A stretch of DNA of 64,000 nt from the sequence record NC_070870.1; one strand, given 5' to 3'. Below, in pieces: positions 1 to 9,768 of this stretch. How positions within the stretch are numbered: the first letter of the stretch is position 1; each line of letters opens with the position of its first letter. The DNA is from Escherichia phage phi G17. The notes beneath the pieces are model-generated. The model was not told where the DNA came from. It worked only from the letters and a program-made list of their open reading frames with translations, and did no database searches. The translations under genes were made by a program, and so were the position numbers.

Positions 1-1143
1 AATGTAACTTTTGTGGGTAATCAGACCACAATCGTATCCTCATCTTCTAATTATATATTTGAGAGCGGTTACTTTAGTTCAGGGGATCTGGTAACGAACT
101 GGGGTCTTGATGATACTACCTTGGTTGCTAATGCTATCGTTACAGATTCAAGATTTCTTAACACACACTTTATTGGTATTGATAAAGTATTTAATCTTCG
201 TGGATTTACTATCGGTTGCACTATAGGTAGTGAATCAAAGTGTGTTACTTTCACTTCCTGCGGCACGTGTGTTAATGCGGATATGTCTTTTTATAGTGCA
301 TTCCACTTCTTTGTCCGAGGTGATCACGCTACGAGTTCGGGGCAGTATGCTACTAATTTTGGGCATCAATGCAACCTTAACAGGATTAATGTAACATATG
401 CTGATCGTGCTTACGGGACAACATTGTCAGAGCCTGTATCGGGCGTAAGACCTAATGCAAACATGCAACTTCCTGATTTCTCCGGGTCTTCTTTTGAAGG
501 CATCTCAGGAATTGGTGTGTTGCTTCGTGGTGTAACCTATGGTGTAAAACTTGACAATATCTATGTTGAAAACGTTGCTGTGCTGGTAGGTAAGGATGAT
601 GGGTCGTTTCTAACTCATGAGATGAGATTAAATAACAACTCATGGAACTTCGGGGTTGTGAAACTGATCGGTATAGCTGGCGCTCGTGATATCAACATAG
701 GCGTTTCAGGGAAGGGTGGTGACTACCCTCAAATTGAATTTGTATCAGCTACCGGGATGGAAAATACAGGGGAAATAAATATATCAGGTGAATTCGGACT
801 TACACCTTCAAAGTTAATACTTGATATGAATGATGATATCAAGATAAATTTTAGATATGAATTTCGTGGTTCTGAGGTTACTTACACATCACCTGAAGCA
901 CATGTTGTTATGCCAAATGTTGGTTATCAGCAATTTAATTATACACTGAAAGCGTTTGATTCAACCCATTCAATTGTAAAGAGTGGGATAGCGTCACTTC
1001 AGGGTGTTAGCGGCCTTGGAGGAACTAACGCATATGTATCCCAAAACTCTGATGGAAGTATTGTTCTTCATTTTACAGGGCTTAATTCATCAGAAAATAC
1101 TTGGTTAACATCTGCTACTTTTGTCGTATCCACATGGAGTTAA
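1..1143 (+). CDS. tail fibre/tailspike-like structural protein, C-terminal part (ORF open to window start)
   Basis: Reading frame is open from nt 1 (no in-frame stop before the GTG at 13); Gly/Ser/Thr/Asn-rich, beta-rich composition typical of phage fibres/spikes; sits upstream of the lysis genes; followed by a strong terminator. Confidence 0.45.
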   Translation, partial: NVTFVGNQTTIVSSSSNYIFESGYFSSGDLVTNWGLDDTTLVANAIVTDSRFLNTHFIGIDKVFNLRGFTIGCTIGSESKCVTFTSCGTCVNADMSFYSAFHFFVRGDHATSSGQYATNFGHQCNLNRINVTYADRAYGTTLSEPVSGVRPNANMQLPDFSGSSFEGISGIGVLLRGVTYGVKLDNIYVENVAVLVGKDDGSFLTHEMRLNNNSWNFGVVKLIGIAGARDINIGVSGKGGDYPQIEFVSATGMENTGEINISGEFGLTPSKLILDMNDDIKINFRYEFRGSEVTYTSPEAHVVMPNVGYQQFNYTLKAFDSTHSIVKSGIASLQGVSGLGGTNAYVSQNSDGSIVLHFTGLNSSENTWLTSATFVVSTWS

Positions 1144-1147
1144 CAAA

Positions 1148-1176
1148 AACCCCGCTTCGGCGGGGTTAGTTTTATC
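1148..1176 (+). terminator. rho-independent terminator
   Basis: AACCCCGC-TTCG-GCGGGGTT hairpin followed by AGTTTTAT. Confidence 0.7.
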
Positions 1177-1365
1177 ATTATAATGGAATGTCATCTGAAA
1201 AGCCCATAGGAGGTTCATTACTTCCTTGTGGGCTTTGTTGTTTAATGTTTCGGGTTCCAGCCAGACCAATTCGGCAGATGATATGGGGTTTTTGTTGTAC
1301 CCCAAACAATTCATTAGGTAGACTGTTTTAGTCAATTACGACTTAACTAACCTGAGAAAGCCCTT

Positions 1366-1698
1366 ATGGGAAATGAACCAGATAACGTAACTCTAGCCAG
1401 ACTCGAAGAGAGACTGAGAAACATTTTCGAAAACCAAACTCGTGAATCGAGAGAAAGGGAGAAAATGGAAGAGTCTATTAAAAAACTAAGTGAGTCTATG
1501 GGCGACCTTAGTACCCGACTTAAGCGGGTAGAAGAGAGCATCACTAAGTCTGAACCTACCATCGAAGAGTTCATCACTATTAAACATAAAGTTGTTGGTG
1601 CTGGGATTTTTGGTAAGTGGGTGTGGGCTGGGGCAGGTGCAATTATTGGCGTATTGGCTGCTGCAAGACGGGAGATATTCGCATGGTTTGCAGGTTAA
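1366..1698 (+). CDS. hypothetical coiled-coil protein with C-terminal hydrophobic segment (possible lysis regulator/antiholin)
   Basis: 110 aa; charged helical N-terminus, C-terminal GAGIFGKWVWAGAGAIIGVLAA hydrophobic stretch; weak SD GAGAAAG; location at start of lysis cassette. Confidence 0.4.
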   Translation: MGNEPDNVTLARLEERLRNIFENQTRESREREKMEESIKKLSESMGDLSTRLKRVEESITKSEPTIEEFITIKHKVVGAGIFGKWVWAGAGAIIGVLAAARREIFAWFAG

Positions 1699-1943
1699 AA
1701 AGAAAGATAGAGTTAGTACCTAACTGGAAGAAGTCCTGGAAGTGGGCATCTGTTCAGATTAGCACGATTGGGTTAATTCTGTTTTCTGCTGTGGATATTA
1801 TCCAACCAATGCTAACGGGACTACCTCGACACATCCTGGAAGATATTCCACATGGTTCCAGTATTACAATCGCACTGTTTGCCTTAAACATTGTAGGTAG
1901 ATTGGTACGATTCCGATCAAAGGAGGATTCCCATGAAAGCTAA
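1683..1943 (+). CDS. putative holin (two predicted TM segments, pinholin-like)
   Basis: In-frame ATG at 1683 inside track ORF 1617..1943; two hydrophobic helices (ISTIGLILFSAVDII, SITIALFALNIVG) and charged C-terminus; immediately precedes the endolysin with a 4-codon overlap. Confidence 0.4.
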   Translation: MVCRLKRKIELVPNWKKSWKWASVQISTIGLILFSAVDIIQPMLTGLPRHILEDIPHGSSITIALFALNIVGRLVRFRSKEDSHES

Positions 1944-2568
1944 GCAGAAACTTGCTGCAAAAGGTGGTGCAGTGGGAGGAGTTGTCGCTGCTATTCTGGG
2001 GGCAGTGTTCTATATGGAGGGGGGATACGTAAACAATCCTCGTGACCCAGGTGGGGAAACTAATCATGGTATTACTCATTCGGTAGCTAAGACTCATAAA
2101 GAAGTTCTGGCTACTGAGTATGGATGGGATGGTTCCATGAAAGGCTTATCAAAAGAGATGGCTGCTGAGATATACATTGATGACTACGTACTTAAGCCTA
2201 ACTTCGTAGCCTTCGCTGATATATCCCCTGCTGTAACACACAAACTGGTTGATGCTGGTGTTAACACTGGTGTATCCCGTCCGGCTAAGTGGTTGCAGTT
2301 ATCTCTTAATGAAATGTCCCGTGATGGCAAAGACTACCCTAAAGTACAAGTTGATGGTAAAGTCGGTGCAGGTACTGTTAATGCATATAAAGCATTACAG
2401 AAAAAACGAGGCAAAGTTGCAGCATGCCAGGTAATGATTAAGTTACTTGATGCTAAACAACTGAACCACTACACCTCATTGAACATGCCAGACTTTACAT
2501 ACGGTTGGGTAGCTAACCGAATTGGCAATGTGCCACTGGAGGCATGTAATGAAGATGCTAATCTCTAA
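1933..2568 (+). CDS. endolysin, GH108-type N-acetylmuramidase with C-terminal peptidoglycan-binding domain and SAR-like N-terminus
   Basis: EGGYVNNPRDPGGETNHGIT matches the GH108 catalytic signature; Gly/Ala-rich weakly hydrophobic N-terminus (GGAVGGVVAAILGAVFY) typical of signal-arrest-release endolysins; strong SD AGGAGG before the ATG. Confidence 0.8.
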   Translation: MKAKQKLAAKGGAVGGVVAAILGAVFYMEGGYVNNPRDPGGETNHGITHSVAKTHKEVLATEYGWDGSMKGLSKEMAAEIYIDDYVLKPNFVAFADISPAVTHKLVDAGVNTGVSRPAKWLQLSLNEMSRDGKDYPKVQVDGKVGAGTVNAYKALQKKRGKVAACQVMIKLLDAKQLNHYTSLNMPDFTYGWVANRIGNVPLEACNEDANL

Positions 2569-3049
2569 AGGTTGGCCTTATCTTCTGGTGGTGGTCCTTG
2601 GGGCCACCATTTACTTTTGGGGTAATTCCAACGGACAGTCTACTGTTCAAAAGAAGTGGGATGACCAAAAGGTCGAAGACCTGAAGGCAACACAAAAATT
2701 ACAGGACAAATACAATGCTCTCCAAAGAAACCATAGTTATGAAGTCGGGTTACTCACTTCCCGGTTGCAGACGGCTGAGAGTAATTACGCAAGCGAGCTT
2801 GCTCGCGTTAGCAGTGATTACGACAGCCGGATGCAACAGTCTGAAAGACGAGCATCGATATATCAACGTCAAGCCGAAGCCGGAACCCTTGAGTGCAGAA
2901 GTCTTGCAAGCCATGCAACCAGACTCGACAATAGTCTTGAAGAAGGCAGACGTTTGGTTGAAGAACTCCGGGCAACTGTTAGACTCCGTGACAACCAACT
3001 AATTGAGTTGGGTAAACAAATTCAGGCTGACCGTAAACTTTTTGAATAG
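2549..3049 (+). CDS. i-spanin (Rz-like)
   Basis: Start [24 protein letters not shown] has an N-terminal TM followed by a long charged coiled-coil; GGAGG SD; overlaps endolysin stop; contains embedded o-spanin. Confidence 0.6.
   Translation: MKMLISKGWPYLLVVVLGATIYFWGNSNGQSTVQKKWDDQKVEDLKATQKLQDKYNALQRNHSYEVGLLTSRLQTAESNYASELARVSSDYDSRMQQSERRASIYQRQAEAGTLECRSLASHATRLDNSLEEGRRLVEELRATVRLRDNQLIELGKQIQADRKLFE
2739..3002 (+). CDS. o-spanin (Rz1-like lipoprotein) embedded in +1 frame of Rz
   Basis: [32 protein letters not shown]: signal peptide with lipobox-like TTAGC, Pro-rich mature part; entirely inside the Rz ORF in another frame. Confidence 0.5.
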   Translation: MKSGYSLPGCRRLRVITQASLLALAVITTAGCNSLKDEHRYINVKPKPEPLSAEVLQAMQPDSTIVLKKADVWLKNSGQLLDSVTTN

Positions 3050-3057
3050 GAATAACT

Positions 3058-5328
3058 ATGGAACACCAAGACACTTTTAAGCCTTTACCAGACCCGGCTC
3101 AATCAGAGAAGCTAACAGACTGGGCGAAGGAACCAAGTATCCAATTACTGAAGGGTGATTTGGAATCTGCTAAACCTGCTCATGATGCCATTATGACACA
3201 GATTCGTGAGTGGAATGACTTGATGGAAATCAAGGGTAAGGCTAAACCCCCAAAGGTTAAGGGACGTTCGCAAGTCCAACCTAGACTGGTTCGTCGTCAG
3301 GCAGAGTGGCGATATGCACCATTATCTGAACCTTTCCTCTCATCTAGTAAACTCTTTAAGTTAACCCCGGTTACTTTTGAAGATGAGTTAGCTGCACGAC
3401 AGAATGAATTAGTTCTTAACTACCAATTCCGTACGCAACTTAATAAAGTAAAACTGGTGGATGATTACGTACACAGTGTCGTAGATGACGGTACTGGAAT
3501 TGCTCGTATTGGTTGGGAACGTAAGACTGTTAAGATTAAAACAGAAACACCAGTCTTCCAGTTGTATCCAATTGAGAACCAGGAACAGGCAGATGTTCTT
3601 CAACAGGCTTTACAACTTCAGGCAGAGAACCCTCGCGAGTATGATGAAACTATGCCAGAAGATATTAAAGAAGCTGTTAACTACTTTAATGAAACTGGAG
3701 AAGCTACCTATGCAATCCAGACAGGGGTTACTGAGGTAGAAGTAGAGAAGGCACTGGTTAACAGACCTACTGTTGAAATGCTTAATCCCAATAACGTAGT
3801 TATTGACCCAAGCTGTAATGGTGATTTGGATAAAGCTCTGTATGCAGTTATCTCGTTTGAGACATGCAAAGCAGACCTCATGAAGAACAAAGACCGTTAT
3901 CACAACTTAGATAAGATTGACTGGGAAAGTTCTAGTCCTATGACTGACCCAGACCATGAAAGTAAAACTCCAAGTGACTTCCAGTTTAAGGATTCACTTC
4001 GTAAGAAAGTGGTTGCCTACGAGTACTGGGGATTCTACGACATCAATGATGATGGTTCGCTGGAACCAATTGTTGCTACCTGGATTGGTTCCACTCTTAT
4101 TCGTATGGAGAAGAACCCTTTCCCTGACGGTAAGTTACCTTTGGTAGTTGTTCCATACATGCCACGTAAACGTGAACTCTTTGGCGAAGCTGATGCTGAA
4201 CTGTTAGGAGATAACCAAGCTATTCTTGGTGCAACTATGCGAGGGATGATTGACCTGTTGGGTCGAAGTGCAAATGGGCAACGTGGTTATCCTAAAGGGA
4301 TGTTGGATACATTGAACCGTCGTCGATATGACGATGGGCAAGACTATGAATACAACCCAATGCAGGGTAATCCTAGTCAGTCCATTATGGAACATAAGTT
4401 CCCTGAGCTACCACAGTCGGCAATAGTAATGACCCAGATGCAAAACCAGGAAGCAGAATCACTAACTGGTGTTAAAGCATTCTCCGGTGGTGTAACTGGT
4501 TCAGCTTATGGAGATGTGGCTGCCGGTATTCGTGGTGCACTTGATGCAGCATCTAAACGTGAGATGGCAATCCTTCGTCGATTGGCTAAAGGTATGGCAG
4601 ACATTGGTACTAAGATTTGTGCAATGAATGCTGTGTTCTTATCCGAGAAGGAAGTAGTACGTATTACTAACGAGCAGTATGTAGAGATTAACCGTGAAGA
4701 CCTTAAAGGTAACTTCGACATCGAGGTTGATATTAACACTGCTGAAATTGATAACCAGAAATCCCAGGACTTGGGCTTCATGGTTCAAACGTTAGGTAAC
4801 ACAGTTGACCAAAGTATTACGTTATCTCTCGTAGCTAAGATTGCAGAACTTAAACGTATGCCTGACCTTGCACATGAGTTACGTACTTGGCAACCACAAC
4901 CAGACCCTATGGAAGAACAACTTAAGCAATTGGCAATTCAGAAAGCACAGCTTGAGAACGAAGAGTTGCAAAGTAAGATTGCACTCAATATGGCTAAGGC
5001 TAAAGAGGCTGCTTCTGCTGGTGACCTTAAGGACCTGGATTATCTGGAACAAGAATCTGGTACTAAACATGCTCGTGATATGGAGAAACAAAAAGCACAA
5101 TCTCAAGGAAACCAGAACCTTCAGATAACTAAGGCATTGACAACACCTACCAAAGAAGGTGAAACTACCCCCAACATATCTGCTGCTGTTGGATATAACA
5201 CTTTGACTAATGGGAACTCTCCGCAAGAACGTGACCTAGCTGCTCAGCAAGACCCAGCTTATTCACTTGGTTCCCAATACTATGACCCTAGTCAAGACCC
5301 ATCATCGGCTCTTGGCATGAACCTGTAA
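3058..5328 (+). CDS. portal protein (N4 gp59-like)
   Basis: 756 aa, size and position (after lysis genes, before scaffold/capsid) match the N4 portal as recalled; acidic C-terminus. Confidence 0.65.
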   Translation: MEHQDTFKPLPDPAQSEKLTDWAKEPSIQLLKGDLESAKPAHDAIMTQIREWNDLMEIKGKAKPPKVKGRSQVQPRLVRRQAEWRYAPLSEPFLSSSKLFKLTPVTFEDELAARQNELVLNYQFRTQLNKVKLVDDYVHSVVDDGTGIARIGWERKTVKIKTETPVFQLYPIENQEQADVLQQALQLQAENPREYDETMPEDIKEAVNYFNETGEATYAIQTGVTEVEVEKALVNRPTVEMLNPNNVVIDPSCNGDLDKALYAVISFETCKADLMKNKDRYHNLDKIDWESSSPMTDPDHESKTPSDFQFKDSLRKKVVAYEYWGFYDINDDGSLEPIVATWIGSTLIRMEKNPFPDGKLPLVVVPYMPRKRELFGEADAELLGDNQAILGATMRGMIDLLGRSANGQRGYPKGMLDTLNRRRYDDGQDYEYNPMQGNPSQSIMEHKFPELPQSAIVMTQMQNQEAESLTGVKAFSGGVTGSAYGDVAAGIRGALDAASKREMAILRRLAKGMADIGTKICAMNAVFLSEKEVVRITNEQYVEINREDLKGNFDIEVDINTAEIDNQKSQDLGFMVQTLGNTVDQSITLSLVAKIAELKRMPDLAHELRTWQPQPDPMEEQLKQLAIQKAQLENEELQSKIALNMAKAKEAASAGDLKDLDYLEQESGTKHARDMEKQKAQSQGNQNLQITKALTTPTKEGETTPNISAAVGYNTLTNGNSPQERDLAAQQDPAYSLGSQYYDPSQDPSSALGMNL

Positions 5329-5341
5329 GGCAGACCTTCAC

Positions 5342-5686
5342 ATGAGTAAAGAACTAACAATTGCTGGACTGGAACATCGACTGGAAGCTGCTAAAGGTGC
5401 AGTGGCACATGCAGAAGAAGTACGTAAACTGCTTGAGAACCCACTGTTCCGTAAAGTAATCCTTCGCCAGTTCTGTGTAGAAGATTGTGCACGTTACGTA
5501 CAAGAGTCTGGTGACCCACTGCTTGAAGCTAACAACCGTGCAGATGCATTGAACATGGCCCAAGCTGCTGGTCACTTACGTCGTTGGCTGGACCTCGCCA
5601 TTCGTATGGGTGAGCGTGAAGCTGATGTTATTCTACAGGTACAAGATGAACTCGATGTAGTTCGTGCTGAACCTGAAGACGAATAA
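5342..5686 (+). CDS. hypothetical head-module protein
   Basis: 114 aa ORF tightly packed between portal and scaffold-like gene. Confidence 0.45.
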   Translation: MSKELTIAGLEHRLEAAKGAVAHAEEVRKLLENPLFRKVILRQFCVEDCARYVQESGDPLLEANNRADALNMAQAAGHLRRWLDLAIRMGEREADVILQVQDELDVVRAEPEDE

Positions 5687-5705
5687 TTAACCGGAGATAT
5701 TCCCT

Positions 5706-6926
5706 ATGACTACGGAAGCTGCAACCACAGCTTCCGACATTCTCGCAATGTCGGATGATGAGATTCTGAATATGGAAGCCCCAGCAGTTATTGCTGAGGA
5801 AGATACTTCCACTCAGAACAACCCAGAAACCAACGGCGTACAGACTCCTGATGAAGAAGTTGACACTCCTGCTGTTGAAGACCTACCAACCGAAGAAACC
5901 TCCACCGAAACCGAACCAGATGAAGAAGATGCAGCAAATCCTTTAACTTCTGATAAAGTTGATGATACAGTTGTCGACACAGAAGTTGATAGTAACGGTA
6001 AGCCGATTACTAAAGCTGAACCTTCTACTACTGAACCAGGCCAGGAACAGAAAGAAGAAGGCAAACAGTCTGAAGGTCTGCCTGCTGACTTCAACTATAA
6101 AGAAGGTTACGAGAAGTTGATGGCTCCGTTCAAAGCTAACGGCAAAATGATTACTCCCCGTTCACCGGAGGAGGCCATTAGCCTGATGCAGATGGGTGCT
6201 AACTATACTCGCAAGATGCAAGAACTACAGCCTTACCGTAAGGTAATGCTGATGTTACAGAACAACGGTTTGATGGATGAGGATAAACTTTCTTACCTGA
6301 TTGACTTGGATAAGAAGAATCCTGAGGCCATTAAAAAGTTGTTGAAAGACTCTGGTACAGACCCTCTGGACTTTAACCCAGATGAGGAAATTAACTACCA
6401 GGGAGGCAATCACCGTGTTACCGACACCGAAGCAGATTTTGCAACCGAGATTGACGACTTAAAGTCTACTCAAGAAGGACAAGCTACATTAGGTGTTATC
6501 GGCTCGACATGGGATGCTGCCAGTAAAGATGCTCTTTACCAGAATCGTGGCTTACTTCAGACTATTCACGAACAACGTGAGAATGGTATTTATGACACCA
6601 TTGCAAATGAAGTGAACCGTCTTCAGATGTTAGGTCAGATTCCGGTTGGTACTCCGTTCATTCAGGCTTATAACCACGTTGGTAATCTCCTTGCACAACA
6701 AGGGGCATTTAACCAAGTGGCTAAGCCAGAACCGGTACAAGCAGTTAAACCAGTGGTTCAGCCGGTAGTGCGTGTAGCACAACCTAAGCAGACTCTGGCT
6801 AACAGTGAGCAAGCTAAAGCAGCTTCCCCTAGTCGGGCTGCTACACGTAAAGCAACACCTATTGTAAACCCACTCGCTATGAGTGATGAAGATTTCGCTA
6901 AACTCCCAGTACCGGGTAGTCTTTAA
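5706..6926 (+). CDS. putative scaffolding protein
   Basis: 406 aa, very acidic low-complexity N-terminus then helical region; position directly upstream of the major capsid gene. Confidence 0.4.
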   Translation: MTTEAATTASDILAMSDDEILNMEAPAVIAEEDTSTQNNPETNGVQTPDEEVDTPAVEDLPTEETSTETEPDEEDAANPLTSDKVDDTVVDTEVDSNGKPITKAEPSTTEPGQEQKEEGKQSEGLPADFNYKEGYEKLMAPFKANGKMITPRSPEEAISLMQMGANYTRKMQELQPYRKVMLMLQNNGLMDEDKLSYLIDLDKKNPEAIKKLLKDSGTDPLDFNPDEEINYQGGNHRVTDTEADFATEIDDLKSTQEGQATLGVIGSTWDAASKDALYQNRGLLQTIHEQRENGIYDTIANEVNRLQMLGQIPVGTPFIQAYNHVGNLLAQQGAFNQVAKPEPVQAVKPVVQPVVRVAQPKQTLANSEQAKAASPSRAATRKATPIVNPLAMSDEDFAKLPVPGSL

Positions 6927-6942
6927 ACAGGAATAAGATGAT

Positions 6943-8145
6943 ATGTTAAACTATAACGCTCCAATTGACGGTCAGAAATCTAGTATTGATGGTGCTGGTT
7001 CCGACCAGATGAATACCTTTTACTGGCTGAAGAAAGCTATTATTCAGTCTCGTAAAGACCAGTACTTCATGCCACTGGCTAACACCATTAACATGCCGAA
7101 GAACTACGGTAAGACTGTTAAGGTGTACGAGTACGTTCCACTGCTTGATGATAAGAACATCAACGACCAGGGTATTGATGCTAATGGTGCTACCATTGTT
7201 AATGGTAACCTGTACGGTTCTTCTAAAGACGTTGGTAACATCACCTCTAAACTGCCTCTGCTGACAGAGAACGGTGGTCGTGTTAACCGTGTAGGCTTTA
7301 CCCGTCTGTCCCGTGAAGGTTCTATCCATAAGTTCGGTTTCTTCTACGAATTTACCCAAGAGTCCCTGGACTTTGATTCTGATGACCAACTGAAAGAACA
7401 CCTGTCTCGTGAACTGATGAACGGTGCTGTACAGTTGACTGAAGCTGTTCTCCAGAAAGACCTGTTGGCTGCTGCCGGTACTGTACTGTATGCAGGTGCT
7501 GCTACCTCTGATGCTACCATTACAGGTGAAGGTTCTACCCCGTCTGTAGTTTCTTATAAGAACCTGATGCGTCTTGACCAGATTCTTACTGAGAACCGTA
7601 CCCCGACTCAGACTACTATCATCACTGGTTCTAAACTGACTGATACCAAAGTACTTGGTGGTACTCGTGTAATGTACGTTGGTTCTGAACTGGTTCCAGA
7701 ACTGAAAGCGATGAAAGACCTGTTCGGTAATAAAGCATTCATCGAAATTCAGCACTATGCTGATGCTGGTACTCTGATGAATGGTGAAGTTGGTTGTATC
7801 GACAAGTTCCGTATTATCCAGGTTCCTGAGATGCTGCATTGGGCAGGTGCTGGTGCTCAAGCTACTACTAACCCGGGTTACCGTTCTTCTATGGTTGGTG
7901 GCCAAGAACACTATGACGTGTTCCCGATGCTGGTAGTTGGTGATGACTCCTTCTCTACCATTGGCTTCCAGACTGATGGTAAGTCTGTTAAGTTCACCAT
8001 CATGACTAAGATGCCGGGTAAAGAAACTGCTGACCGTAATGACCCGTATGGCGAGACTGGTTTCAGTTCTATCAAGTGGTACTACGGTATTCTGGTTAAA
8101 CGTCCAGAACGTCTGGCTCTGATTAAGACTGTTGCTCCTCTGTAA
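6943..8145 (+). CDS. major capsid protein (N4 gp56-like)
   Basis: 400 aa, position after portal/scaffold, strong codon regularity, followed by terminator; size matches N4 MCP as recalled. Confidence 0.7.
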   Translation: MLNYNAPIDGQKSSIDGAGSDQMNTFYWLKKAIIQSRKDQYFMPLANTINMPKNYGKTVKVYEYVPLLDDKNINDQGIDANGATIVNGNLYGSSKDVGNITSKLPLLTENGGRVNRVGFTRLSREGSIHKFGFFYEFTQESLDFDSDDQLKEHLSRELMNGAVQLTEAVLQKDLLAAAGTVLYAGAATSDATITGEGSTPSVVSYKNLMRLDQILTENRTPTQTTIITGSKLTDTKVLGGTRVMYVGSELVPELKAMKDLFGNKAFIEIQHYADAGTLMNGEVGCIDKFRIIQVPEMLHWAGAGAQATTNPGYRSSMVGGQEHYDVFPMLVVGDDSFSTIGFQTDGKSVKFTIMTKMPGKETADRNDPYGETGFSSIKWYYGILVKRPERLALIKTVAPL

Positions 8146-8162
8146 TAGTCCGAAATAAAACA

Positions 8163-8188
8163 AGGGGGACTCATGTCCCCCTCTTAAC
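8163..8188 (+). terminator. rho-independent terminator after capsid gene
   Basis: AGGGGGAC-TCAT-GTCCCCCT hairpin then CTTAAC (weak T tract). Confidence 0.5.
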
Positions 8189-8212
8189 AAAACTAAATGA
8201 ACCACAGGAAAT

Positions 8213-8854
8213 ATGAACATGAGCATTAACGATAAACCGACCGCTGACGTAGAACTGAACGTACAGGGCAACGAAGATACCGTTAACGATATTGCAATGC
8301 CTAGCGAACTTGAAGTTCTTAAGCAACGTGCAACGTTGATGAATATTAAGTTCTCTAACAACATCTCCGTTGAGAAACTCCGTGAGAAGATTGAAGCTGC
8401 ACAAGCAAGTGATGAACCAGAGGTAGCAGAATCTGCAATTAACCCTTTGGGTGAAAAACAAGAAGCTGGTGTTAAGAAGATGACCCTGGGCCAGAAGATT
8501 CGTGCAGAACAGACTCGACTGATTCGTGTACGTATTCAGAACCTTGACCCTAAGAAGAAAGACCTGCCGGGTGAGATTATCACCGTAGCTAACGAATATA
8601 TGGGTACTGTACGTAAGTTTGTTCCATTCGGTGAGGTAACCGACAATGGTTATCATATCCCGTACTGTATTTATGAATTCCTTAAAGAGCGTAAGTTCAT
8701 CAACATTACGACTCGTAAAGGTAAGAATGGCTTACCGGATATCCGTGCAACTGAGGCACGTGAGTTCTCCATTGAAGTATTGCCCCCACTGACTGAAGCA
8801 GAATTGGCTCAACTGGCTCAAGCACAGATTGCTGCTGGTAGCCTGAACGATTAA
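8213..8854 (+). CDS. hypothetical virion-module protein
   Basis: 213 aa ORF between capsid gene terminator and next terminator. Confidence 0.45.
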   Translation: MNMSINDKPTADVELNVQGNEDTVNDIAMPSELEVLKQRATLMNIKFSNNISVEKLREKIEAAQASDEPEVAESAINPLGEKQEAGVKKMTLGQKIRAEQTRLIRVRIQNLDPKKKDLPGEIITVANEYMGTVRKFVPFGEVTDNGYHIPYCIYEFLKERKFINITTRKGKNGLPDIRATEAREFSIEVLPPLTEAELAQLAQAQIAAGSLND

Positions 8855-8874
8855 CGTATAAGCTACAGTTCAAC

Positions 8875-8912
8875 ACGGCTCACTGGGGTAACTCCGTGGG
8901 CCGTTTCTTTTT
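8875..8912 (+). terminator. rho-independent terminator
   Basis: CGGCTCAC...GTGGGCCG stem followed by TTTCTTTTT. Confidence 0.5.
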
Positions 8913-8924
8913 GAACCAAGAGGA

Positions 8925-9767
8925 ATGATTATGTCTTGTTCTGCTGAGGTAGAAGCTAACCGACTCCTAGAAGAGTTGACTAAGGGTGATGACTTTACCC
9001 TTCCTGATATTGATATGTCCGGCCCTGAATGGGATATCCCAGGTGGGGATGATTCCCCAATCTTTGGTGCTATTACCAAAGTAACTAATGAATCCCTTAC
9101 TACCCGTGAAGTAGGGGGTAGTGGTACGTTCGATGCATTAATGGAATCTGCACACAACCATCTTAAAGCTGAGTTTAAAGCTAACCGTATTACCGGTGGT
9201 GAATATACCAAGGCATATATTGCTATGATGGAATCTTGCATGGGTAATGCTGTTCAGTTCTTACTTGGTCGTGACCAAGCATACTGGGCTGCTGCTATGG
9301 CACAGATTCAGGCAGTTACTGCACGTGTTCAACTGGCAACTTCTAAGGCACAGTTTGTACTGGCTAAGATTCAGGCACTGTCTGCTAAGAGTGAATATGC
9401 CCTTACTAAGATGAAGATTGCTACCGAGTCTGAAACATACTGTGCTGCATTGTTTAATGCTAATCAGATGTTACCTCAACAGCTTAAGCTGATTACAGAA
9501 CAGACCGAAGCACAACGTGCACAGACTCTGGATACCCGTACTGATGGTACTGCCGTTAAAGGTTCTGTAGGTAAACAGAAAGAGTTGTACACCCAACAGA
9601 TTACTTCTTACCAACGTGATGCAGAAGTTAAAGCATCTAAGCTGTTTACTGATGCATGGATTACACAGAAGACTATTGATGAAGGCTTGAACCCACCTAA
9701 TGGTTTCACTAACGCAAGTATTGATACCATTCTGACCAAGCTGAAGTCTAACAACGGGCTGAACTAA
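8925..9767 (+). CDS. virion structural protein (N4 gp54-like by position)
   Basis: 280 aa, coiled-coil rich; synteny. Confidence 0.45.
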   Translation: MIMSCSAEVEANRLLEELTKGDDFTLPDIDMSGPEWDIPGGDDSPIFGAITKVTNESLTTREVGGSGTFDALMESAHNHLKAEFKANRITGGEYTKAYIAMMESCMGNAVQFLLGRDQAYWAAAMAQIQAVTARVQLATSKAQFVLAKIQALSAKSEYALTKMKIATESETYCAALFNANQMLPQQLKLITEQTEAQRAQTLDTRTDGTAVKGSVGKQKELYTQQITSYQRDAEVKASKLFTDAWITQKTIDEGLNPPNGFTNASIDTILTKLKSNNGLN

Positions 9768-9768
9768 T

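Noticed and set aside
2522-2548. Longer N-terminal extension of Rz (MAMCHWRHV...)
   Set aside because: Internal ATG at 2549 has a GGAGG SD and gives a typical short cytoplasmic tail before the TM; the extension overlaps the endolysin 3' end without an RBS
6946-8364. 472-aa ORF on the minus strand antisense to the major capsid gene
   Set aside because: Lies entirely antisense to a clearly coding, terminator-bounded plus-strand gene in the late module; low-complexity Ser/Thr/Leu-rich translation typical of an antisense frame; no RBS context
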